Origin: Thalia democratica
Lineage: Eukaryota
Direction of reading: 5' to 3'
Length of the DNA stretch: 64,000 nucleotides
NCBI GenBank assembly: GCA_965202585.1
Contig: CBDBBG010000038.1
Location: 1-64,000 of the forward strand
The stretch's first letter is position 1. Each line of letters opens with the position of its first letter. The notes beneath the pieces were generated by a model. That model was not told the DNA's origin, ran no database searches, and saw only the letters and a list, made by a program, of their open reading frames with translations. Both the position numbers and the translations under genes were made by a program. Positions 38,975 to 50,000 of the stretch are shown in pieces.

Positions 38975-40220
38975 AGTTTTTTACCATTATTACGTCATTA
39001 AATTATTTGGAATGAAGCAGGACCTGACCACAAGGATAGCCTAAACCAGAGGTCGCAGTGAAATTAAAAAAAAAATGTTGTCCACACTTAATTAAAAAAT
39101 TATAAAAACAAAAATGGGATAAAATATACTATGATAAAGCACTCGTAAATAGTTTTATTATGAACATTCAAGTTCTTTTGTTTTAAAGTAGTGCTTAATT
39201 TTATCTGCTATTGAAACTGTCGCTCTACAAACGAAATTTGATTAAATGTTTAGTTATACATAAAAGTTAAGTGAGCTATCAATTAATTAGCTTCACGTGC
39301 AAATCTGATGATACTCCTTTAACTTAATAGCTTAATACTCAATAAGAATTAAAAACCGCAGTCATATCATTCCAGGGCAAAACTAGTTTTTTACTATTAT
39401 TACGTCATTAAATTATTTGGAATGAAGCAGGACCGGACCACAATGGTAGCCTAAACCAGAGGTCGCAGTCAAATTAAAAAAAAACGTTGTCGCGGTCCAC
39501 ACTTAATTAAAAAATTTAAAAAACAAAAATGGGATAAAATATACTATGATAAAGCACTCGTAAATAGTTTTATTATGAACATTCAAGTTCTTTTGTTTTA
39601 AAGTAGTGCTTAATTTTATCTGCTATTGAAACTGTCGCTCTACAAACGAAATTTGATTAAATGTTTAGTTATACATAAAAGTTAAGTGAGCTATCAATTA
39701 ATTAGCTTCACGTGCAAATCTGATGATACTCCTTTAACTTAATAGCTTAATACTCAATAAGAATTAAAAACCGCAGTCATATCATTCCAGGGCAAAACTA
39801 GTTTTTTACTATTATTACGTCATTAAATTATTTGGAATGAAGCAGGACCGGACCACAATGGTAGCCTAAACCAGAGGTCGCAGTCAAATTAAAAAAAAAC
39901 GTTGTCGCGGTCCACACTTAATTAAAAAATTTAAAAAACAAAAATGGGATAAAATATACTATGATAAAGCACTCGTAAATAGTTTTATTATGAACATTCA
40001 AGTTCTTTTATTTAAAGTAGTGCTTAATGTTATCCGCCATTGAAACTGTCGCTCTACAAACGAAATTTGATTAAATGTTTAGTTATACATAAAAGTTAAG
40101 TAAGCTATCAATTAATTAGCTTCACATGGCGTCAGGTACAAATATGTTGATACTCCTTAAACTTAATTCCTTAATACTCAATAAAAATTAAAAACCGCAG
40201 TCATATTATTCCAGGGCAAA
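38975..40220 (+). repeat. Tandem triplication of a ~410-415-bp segment that is single in copy A (~1672..2095)
   Basis: attattacgtcatt...gaagcaggacc...ccagaggtcgcag...ccagggcaaaa starts at ~38982, ~39392 and ~39807. Confidence 0.95.
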
Positions 40221-41374
40221 ATTATGAGTTAACAGTAGCTTTAAAAGGTCCTTACAGTTCAAAAGAAAAACTTATGGAATATTTGTTACATGTCGTTTTG
40301 TTGTAGTAGAAAAATGTAAAAGTTTAAATTACTGTGTACATCATATACACAGCTGAATATTTATTTATATTATTTCGAACATAACCTTTAGAGTTGTACA
40401 ACTCAGTACTGTTGACTAAAAAGTTTATTTAAGCTTTTTATTTTATAGGTGTTTCGTACTTTTATAAACTAAAAATACATACTCAGCTTGAATACATTTA
40501 ATTATATCATTAATTGTTTAAAAACACAGTAGTAATAAAATTAAAGTTTGCTTTACAGTGTTAAGCTTATTAACTGTACCACAAATTTAAAGTAATTTAT
40601 TTTTTGATACGCAAAGTTTATGGTAATTTTTAGCTTTGATGATGTTGTTAAAAATAGTTTTTTGTTGAGAGTTACTTTTATTATTTACTTTAAACTTAGA
40701 GATTAAAACAAATACAATAGTCAAACTTACTATCGAATTTGTAACAACTCAATGAGTAAAAAATATATTATGTTTATAAAGTTTTCAAAATAGTATAGTT
40801 ATTAATGAAACTTTAATTATTTGCTATTTTTTAAAATAAAATATTAAAGTCAAAAGCAAAAATAGTGTTGAAGTAAACTTATAAACTGCAGTAATTGTTA
40901 TAAACGAAATTACAAAATGTTAAAAGTTAAATGTTATTAAATTTATATTAATACGTGATCTTTGAAAAATAATACTTTATCTTAACTTTGATTTAAAAGT
41001 TGCGCAACATTTATATTCTAAACAACATTAATTAAACAATTTAAAGTTTGAGTTTTTATTCTACACAGTGTTTAATGCGTAATGCAATGATCACTAACTA
41101 AAAACTGTTTAAAGTAAGACTGACAAAGCTATATATACTAAATTATATAAGTCTGTTAAATTGACAAAAATTTCAAAGTCTAAATAACGAATTGAATAAC
41201 TACTATAGAGCTATCATTCAAGTTATTATGAGGGTTAAATTATTTTTTTATACAAAAAACTTATTGGATATAGCATACAATGAAATAAAAATATAAAATA
41301 CCAATACGATATAAACACAAGCATAAATGCAACAAACTTAGAAAATGGTAAAATGTGCAATTACGGACATGAAA

Positions 41375-42850
41375 ATGTTATGAATTTAGATATTTAGCGA
41401 AGTGTCTACATTTACCAATAAACTCAGTTCTGGAGTTGAGAGAGGAGTTTTTGTCAGCGATCGCTATTTCCAATTTTTCAATATTACACAGAAAGCATAT
41501 TCTGCTCGGTTTGCGTTGATTAATTTTATGCATTATCTTCCATTTAATATTGTTCTTAATCATATCTTCATTGAACTTAGCGGCGTGAAAAAATGAGCTG
41601 AATTCTGTGGTTTCTTTCAGATTTTAATTTCTGCAGCTTTGCATATTTTCGTTGTATCTTGTTTTAAAGTTTTTTGCAGTGGATCCAATATAATGCTGTT
41701 CTTTGTTATTATATGTGACAGTAGCTTTGTATATGACACGTCTGGAAAGGCATTTACCTTCCACTGGGCATGAGGTTATATTTCTACAATTGCAAGTTGT
41801 TTCATTTTTCTTCTGTTTTTTTTACTTTCCTCTATGATTTTGAGATTTGATTCGGTGATTTCGGATTATTAATGGACATACATGAATAACTTATTTTGAT
41901 TGTCTTTCTGTTAAGAATTTTATTTATCCGTTTTTAGGTTTACACTTATCTACTAATTTAAGAAGGTTTTAATATTTTGGTCTTTAATGTTGCCCTAAAA
42001 GGGGGGTTGTAGTATTTCATTTCCTTTTTTCTTCTTTTTCTACCGGCCGTACCATAATTTTGATATAAGTATTCTAAGACTTTGTTAAAGTCACTGTTTT
42101 TTAACGCCTTCTCGTATGATTCCTTGTAATTATTAGACATAGTCTTGTTTTTTGATAAAGCAGATAATATATTTTGTATCATATTATGTAATTCTCTTTT
42201 GACGCTTGGTGGATGGTTAGAGTTTATATTTATGTTTTTTTTTTCTTTAGCGTTGGGTTTTCTGTGTAGATGATATATCATTCTGTATATCAAGTAATAC
42301 ATCCAGTAAGTCTATCTTAATGCTGTCTAATTCGATATTGTTTTTTTAATTTTTTCAGAGAAAACCGCTCTAATATCTTTTCTTGTCTTTACTATGGTTC
42401 TTTTTATCGCTTTTTAATTATCAAAAGTCCATCATCGCGGTACAACTCGAAGTTATCTTTAGATAAAAATTGGTTTGAGTTATTCAATAGGAACGAAACG
42501 ATTAACTCGCAAACTTCAGCGCCATGGTTGCTTCCCATCGGAACGTCAAATAGGTCTTCTTTTGCATTCTTTTTGATCCAAACTTCGTTGACATGTCTGA
42601 GAACTACCTTGCATGAGTGTAGTATAGTATCTATGTTTGAGTTTTTTATTTTCATATATTTCTTTGCAAATTCGATAGATGTTTTTTAGTAAAAGATTTT
42701 TCGAGATACTTGGGTAGGATTCTTCTTTATTAAATTTTATAAACGTGTAACTACTCTTGTTGTTCATTTTATTTAACTATTTTATAGCATTATCAGTTTT
42801 TTTCCATTGCTGTAACTTAGTTTTTTCTTTAACTATATTCTAAATTATTA
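41375..42850 (-). mobile_element. Degenerate Penelope-like retroelement, copy B
   Basis: ORF fragments DLFDVPMGSNHGAEVCELIV..LYRDDGL (RT), NINSNHPP, YEKALKNSDF, and CFLCNIEKLEI..LNSRTEFIGKCRH (GIY-YIG C-terminus). Lacks the hAT MITE. Ends approximate. Confidence 0.9.
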
Positions 42851-44486
42851 ACAATAATTTTATATTCTAAACAACCAAATAGTATGTTAGACGCTTCTGC
42901 TTCAGCAAACAATCAATGTATATGTTATAATACACAACATGAAGGTAATTTTAAAGTAAATAAGATTACTGGTCACTCTTCTTAACCTTCTTAAAACTAT
43001 TGAAAAAATCAACGACCTTATGTAAACACAAAAAATATTTTGTTTACGCTTTTCAATTAAAATTTACTGCTTTTGGTTTGAAGTTAAATATGTGTACAAA
43101 GTGTTTACCTTCTTCTTTTTATTTAAAATTTTAATGCTTGCCTAAGCTTACCAATTTTCTGCTTTAAGATTCTATTTTGATAAAAAAAATTGTTTTGTAG
43201 TAACAACTGTGCCAGAAGTTTTTAAACAATGGACATTAATTGAATTTAAGGATGTTTATTAAAATCATGTCCACTAACTTTAACAACTAACTATAACTCG
43301 TAACAGTTTATACTGAAAAAACTCTATTTATTAAAAATAAGTAAAGTATTTCAACTAAAACATTAAAAGACTTTAAATTAAAACAAAAATGATAAAATAC
43401 AAGCGTTTAAAATTGTTTTAGTATTAATAAAAATACAATGATCTAGCCTACTATCGGTTTGTAATAATAAAATAAAAGAAAGATAATGTATAAGAAGTTG
43501 GTTAATTTTTTTAGCTCTTAGTACAACTTGAATTACTTGCTATTCAAAAAAGTATATGTTAAACTAGAAAAGTAAGGTTTAACATGTTTTTTAGCAGAGT
43601 ACTGCATATACTCACATAAAACTTAAATTAGGGACTAAAATGATGATTATAAATTAAAATGTTAGAAAGCTTAAATAATATTTAAGTATTCTTCCAATAT
43701 ACATTAAAAACGTTTTAGCATTTAAACATGTAAACTTATTACAAGCTAGTTGTAAATTTAATACATTATTAATTTTCTAAGTAACCACATACTTATGTTG
43801 TAAAAGCAAACAATTAATTTACACGTTTTGTAAAAGAATAAGAAAATATTTTAACTGCCTATAACATAACTTAATTGCGTTTAATGACTAGTCACTGTTA
43901 AAAACTGTTCAGAAAAAAGATTATATTATATAAAATATACTAAAAGAAAAGATACCTTTTGTCCATGTCATTAATAAAATAGTCTTTGGTTGAAAGTTTG
44001 ATTTTTGTTTTACTTGGTGTCCAGTTTTGTTCACTTTTTTAAAACCATAATGCTTGCCTAAGCTTAAAAATTTTCTATTACAATTATTTGTTTTAATTAA
44101 ATTAAGCATTTTGTAACAAAAACTCACATATTGGTGAAATTAATAAAACTATAAATTTTTCTTACAAAAATAACTATTACTTCATCTTTAAGCTTAAGAA
44201 AAAAATTTTATAAAAAAAAAATTTCCACATAATAAATACATTCAACATATTAAAATAAGTCTAGTATTGTAACTTAAAATATCAAGTTAATAAATCAAAA
44301 ATCCAAAGATGAAAGTAGGTTTTGAAACATGTAAAATTTTCATTTTATATGTATCAAAGTAATCAAACCTTACTACCATCTTTCTTTTGATTGTATCTTA
44401 TACGAATAAAAATCTGATTTATTATAAGTATCAAAAATAAACAACATTATACTAATAAGGCTATTGATAATTTTGTCAAACAAAAT

Positions 44487-45643
44487 TTGGGCAAAAAACT
44501 ATGCTCACCTTTCGGCGCAACCGCTCAAAATCTAGGGTATAACTTAAATAAAAAAACAGTCATTTACTAAGGGAGACTCTCTTGGGCAAGCTAAAAAAAT
44601 TGGCAAAAAAAAAGGACGTTTGTCTTTCGACAAACGCCCTTGAAATATAATGTTAAAGCCTGAAAAAATTTTGGTAAATAAAAAGGCGAACGTCTTTCGA
44701 CGAACGCCATTGGAAAAAAAAATATTGAAAAAAAATGGGAAAATTTTGGAGCAAAAAAAGGCCCCGAAGCCGCCGCGGCGGCTTCGGGGCCTTTTTTTGC
44801 TCCAAAATTTTCCCATTTTTTTTCAATATTTTCTATCAAACTCTCTCACATTTATAAAATTCATTTTCAACTAATTTTCCAAAAAAACAGCCCTCCCCTT
44901 TTGCTGTAATTTTTTTCTCAAAGCTTCTGCTTCGTTCGCAAAACTCTTCGCTGCACATGAGCTCTGATCGGTAAAGCGACCGTGAGATTCAGTCGCTTTT
45001 TTACTTGTTACATTTTGAGTGCTTTACCATTCGCCATTTCTAGTACCTCGCCTTCTCTGCTTCAGTCGCCCCGGCCAAACCTTTACCTCTAGAAATGCTT
45101 TAATCACCTCATTTCGCACTCGTTCTTTTACTTGGGCTGAATCATATCAGAGCTCGTTTACTGACTGCTACTTCTTGCGAGAGCTTTTACATGGCTTTCT
45201 TCGGACGGTTTCTGCCATTCCTCTCGCTTTACCTTTACTTCTTGCGAGAGCCCGGCTTTTACATGGCTTTCTTCGGACGGTACCTGCCATTCCTCTCGCT
45301 TCACCTTCCCTCGCTACTTATTCAATCAGGTCTGCTATACGACTTCTAACCGCCCAGCTGCGGTCTTTTCACGCCAGCTCAAGTCGACGGCCACGTCGAC
45401 TCAAGCTATATGCCTGCAAAAACACTAACACACAACCCGCCTTCACCACGCCTACCCGCTTAGACGTCTAGGGATTTATTCATTACAGCTTTACATTGTA
45501 AAATCCCTAAGCTGACTAGGTCGTCAGCTCGCTTTCTGGCACACTACAAGTGCCTCTCTTAATAGTGTAACATTAAGCATACGCGTATGATGCCGAAATG
45601 ATCGTGTTGAAAAATTTGGCTACCCCAAGAGAGTCAAAATTTT
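44487..45643 (-). mobile_element. Unclassified ~1.15-kb hairpin-rich element, more complete copy (Helentron/HINE-like hypothesis)
   Basis: Inverted 17-bp motifs at 44575-44591 and 45619-45635 (15/17). Also a 114-bp palindrome, three C-GAAA-G hairpins on the minus strand, a 67-72-bp tandem duplication (45170-45307) and dense hairpins at 45376-45589. No convincing ORF. Confidence 0.6.
44719..44832. repeat. 114-bp perfect loop-less palindrome (57-bp arms)
   Basis: aaaatattgaaaaaaaatgggaaaattttggagcaaaaaaaggccccgaagccgccg followed by its exact reverse complement. Centre 44775/44776. Confidence 0.98.
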
Positions 45644-46534
45644 TCTTTCTTTCATAACATTACATTTTTACTTATATGTATTACTTATTACTTAACTTAT
45701 ATGTGTTGCTTATATTACTTAACTTATATGTGTTGCTCTTTATATTATCATGTTAACCAACTACACTATACACATATATAAGGACACTAAGAGGTACGCA
45801 TTTGCGTAAAGTACGCACTTACATTAATAATGAGTTAATTTATTAAGTATAAATGTGAAAGTTTTTGCCTTTTTCAAACTTAAATAATGTGTAACTATAT
45901 ATTATCTTTACTTTATAGCCAAGTACAGTTTTATTTTCACTTAAACAGCTATGACGTTTTAGTTGTAACAAAAATGGTTCATTTGCATTGCTAGCTGTTT
46001 TAAATATTACAAAGTTACATAAATAAGAAGTTTTTTTTTTAAATTAAAACTGAACAAAGATTTTTTATCACATATACATGTTCCTCCTTATAACAAACTT
46101 AATAACTACATGTGCTTTTATACAACTAACAAGTTTCTAATATAAAATTTTGTTTTATTAATATTTTATTATCTATTAATTAAAAATTAATATTTTATTA
46201 TCTATATGATTTGATTCTTTTAATTTATTTTAATAACATTTTTGAATGTGTGATTATTTTTGAAATTATTATTGTCACTCAGAAAAATTAAAAAAATAAA
46301 TCCTAAAGCTTGTTAGCATTTTCATATTAAATAACTTAAATTTCATAACTTAAAACGTATAAGTTTTCTTATTAATAATTAATTACAAAAGTTGTAAACT
46401 GACTATTTCAATTAAGAAAACATAACCAAACCAGTTTATAAATGATGTATTTTTTTATTAAAAATAAAATTTTGACATGTTATTACTTACTTGTGCTTTG
46501 TGTCATGTTATTCTTATCATCTTCAACAGGGAAA

Positions 46535-46630
46535 ATGTCCATATTCAATTTGCGTCCTCACTGCGGGGAAGCGGGTCCGGCTCACCGCCTTGTGACCGGT
46601 TTCGTGCTGGACGAAAACATCAGTACTTCT
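46535..46630 (+). other. Candidate first coding exon of the CCP-lectin gene (copy B only)
   Basis: Isolated GC-rich block, ATG...TCT|gttaag (96 nt, phase 0), compatible with the phase-0 start of the 43-nt exon 47074-47116 (LSVLHLISCFSAKR). The peptide is a poor signal peptide, so the assignment is tentative. Confidence 0.3.
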
Positions 46631-47073
46631 GTTAAGAAAAGTTTGCCCTGTTTGTATGTATATTGTATAATATTATCAGTGAACTTTCATAAATATTGCT
46701 GAATTCTACAAATAAAAACAGTTGTGTATTGTTGACATTTTTTTAATTTTCTTTAATGTTAAATATTTTAAAACGATTACTCATCTAAAACATGTGGATT
46801 TATAATCTTTTCATTGGATAAAACATAATGAAAGTAGTTGCTTCCTTTTGTTAATAAGTAATTTAATTTTTGTATTTTACCCTAAAAAGAATTCAGAGAG
46901 AGCTCTTTTTTATTTTTATTTTTATTTTTATACGAATTTCATTCAATTATTAAGATTATGTATATTAACCTATATAAAAACTACATTTATTTTAACAAAA
47001 CACTAATGCGCATCTATTTTTAAACTTTGTTTTAATTTTTGTTTTATTTAATTTTTCTGTACATGTTTTTCAG

Positions 47074-50000
47074 CTTTCTGTTTTGCATCTGATCAGCTGT
47101 TTTTCAGCAAAACGAGGTTATATAACTAATGTTACCAACAAAGTTGTACAAACAGACAAGTAACAAACAGCCTTTTTACGTTTCAGTCTGCCAAGGTGTA
47201 CCGTCGTTCGACGGAGCAACGACCCACATCGTCCACCAGCGGCAGCCCCAACTGTCCAGTTTCGTCTACGGCGACGTGCTGACGTTTTCCTGCGACGGCC
47301 ACAAACGGTTTCTTCCTTCCAACCCGTCGCTGACTTGCCAGGAAAACGGAAGGTGGGGACCCGACACGCTGATTGGCTGCGTTGAAGGTAAGAAAAAATC
47401 CCCAAAAGTATGAGTACAATCTAATTTGACTTTTTTTTTTACAGATGACGTGTGCCCGTCTCCACCGCAAATCGCCTTTTCCTCGCACCACGACTACTAC
47501 AGGCCTCCGACTCCGGCAAACTCTACCGACTCGATGTGGCTTCCGGAAACGATCCTGCGTTACGAATGCAACGATCAGTACCCGATAACCGTTCCCGACG
47601 ACTTCTTCGGGGCGAAATGCACCAGCAGCGGCGCGTGGGTGGGCGCGTATGGAAAATACCATCCTTCGCATGAAAAACCTCACGATATTAAAATGGTCGA
47701 CAAGAAGTTCAAGGAAAAGTTTGGAAAATGCGTCACTGGTATTTTTAATTTTTAATGTTTAGTCAACCTTTTTGTGTTTATAATTCACTTGAAGTAAGCT
47801 AGTAGCAGTTTATAGTTTTTTAGTTAGAAATTACGTTCGAAAAGGTACATGATGTCAATTTCAAGTTATTTTGATTTAAAAACTAAACTGCTACCACCAG
47901 TACCTTTGAAATATGTTGTTCCTAGGTTAACAATTACCACTTCTAATTAAGTTTTTAGCAAGCCTTTATGTTTTCAATTTTAGTTTGTTAAAACTTTTTT
48001 TTTACAATTGTCTATATTAACCTATGTACGACTCTGTTTTCGGCATGCTTTTTAGAAATTGCGTGGGATTTTTAAAAGGTTTAAAAAATAAGTTTATTTA
48101 ATAAATGCAAAATTTATTTCAGAGTGTGAGTTTCCCGATCCACATAACTCAATAAAAACTGTGCTAAAATATCTTGAAGTCAATGCGTCATACTCCATAC
48201 CTTCAGTCGTCAGGTACACCTGTAACGAGGGTTACCATTGGACGCGGGTGGCAGTTGTGAGCTGTCGCCACCAAGATATTCAAGATAAAGGTCCTTTCGG
48301 AAGATTAAACACGCCGCTTGGATTCTGTGCACCCGGTTAGCTTCATTTAGTTTCAAAGATAAATTTTTGTAAACAAATTATAAAACAACTAGTTGTTTTT
48401 AAATTAACAACCGTAAGTATTTATCTTTTTTGATTTTTTGATATGTCGAATAGTTTAAGTATTGTTAAATCCTTTCAGCGCAAAGTATTGCTACTGAAGT
48501 TTGTACATGAGTTTAAGGTAAAATTGAAAATTACTAATAATTCTTAGCTTGCCCGCCACTCCCATTTTTAATACGAAACGGCGTTAAGCGAGTTATTAGG
48601 CAACCGAATCGAAGGAGCTTGGTTTCCTTCTCGACAACCATACACTACTTTTGCAACCAAGGATTCACTCCGACTTTTGTAAACAGCCGATACAGTTGCA
48701 ACTACGCTGGGAGCTGGCAAAATTCAGAGCTGAACCCTAGGTGTTTGAGGCGTAAGTTGTAACAATATTGATAAGTGTTTGTTTATCAGTCCACCTACTA
48801 TTTGACTTTAAGGCTGCCCTAACCTGCAAAACGATCCGTACGGAAGTCTTGAAGCATCTGTACAAGCTCGGACTAATTTCTATCTGGCCGGTGACCGAGT
48901 TGAACTAAGCTGTGATGATGACTACGTGTTGAGCTCAGACTTAACAGCTTCAAGTACAACTTTGTCCTGCCTGTCAAACGGAAGGTGGAATTACGAAAAA
49001 ATACCGGTTTGTATTAAAAGTGAGTTACGCTAATCAAAAGCTTTTATTCTTATTCTGTTGAACTTTCATTTATGTAAGAAAAAAATTTAAGACGTTCTTT
49101 TATTTTGACACCTACACTTGTTTCAGAAGTTTTTAAGCACTAAAATTAGTGACCTAACAAGTTTAGTTGATTCGTTTTTTCATTAGTTTAAATGCATTTA
49201 AACTAATTTATTAACTTAATTTTATCTACAATATACTTCTTTTCTACTCAATTTGTTTATTTTAAGGATGTGACGACCCTCCTCGAGGCGACTTTCTAAA
49301 TTCCACGATAAAGTTCAGTCACGCGCAAGGAGAATACTGGTCGTACACCGTAGTGGAGTACGTATGCAAGGAAAAACACACTTTTAAATATCCCGATGAG
49401 GACGGGACTCGCACTTGTGAAGGAGACGCAAACTGGAGCGATGACTCCCCTCCTGAGTGTGCTCCCGGTTAATAAATGATGAAAATATTATCACTATCCC
49501 AACAAATACTTTTAGTTATATTTAAATCTGTGTGTAAGAAATAACAAATAAACTACACTTAACAGAATGTGAAACTCCTCCAGCCGTTGAAGGCTCAACA
49601 ATTAATATTTTAAACGACTCATTTATTGAATACGAATGTTTAGACGGTTATCACATTGACAACGAGTCGAACAGCGTTTTCGAGTGCAGGCTCGGTCCTG
49701 TTTGGTTTCCCTTGGAAACTCCTGTCTGTCTAAAAGGTAAATAAATACCAGTTTTTACTGCAAACTGTTTGTTAGACAAATTTCAAGCGTCTAAAAAGAT
49801 CCTCTCAGGCTCAAATCAATTTCCTACTCTAAAATTTTTTAACGGACTATTTTTAAGTGTCTTGAAATGTTATCAAATTTATTACGAGTTTATCTTTTCT
49901 AGAATGCAACAGCATACCCGTGTACGATAAAACGTTGCCCGCTGTTGTTACAAAGAATGTTTCAAGGGAGGGCAAGCTTATAACCGGATCATCGTTGAAT

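Noticed and set aside
45019-45471. Plus-strand 150-aa ORF and its 72-aa partner at 5546..5764 sharing RLL.FSRPG..FTSRNAL
   Set aside because: The similarity reflects nucleotide conservation. The frame breaks between copies and across the internal repeat, the starts are non-ATG, and the structural evidence favours a non-coding minus-strand role.
45500-45512. CCCTAA as a telomerase RNA template
   Set aside because: Only one hexamer with no alignment repeat, and it is on the strand opposite the structural signal.
45490-45540. Possible hammerhead ribozyme (CUGACGA on the minus strand), expected near Penelope-like elements
   Set aside because: The stem after CUGACGA is followed by GAUU rather than GAAA, and the upstream GAAA is too close for stems III and I; no complete hammerhead core found.
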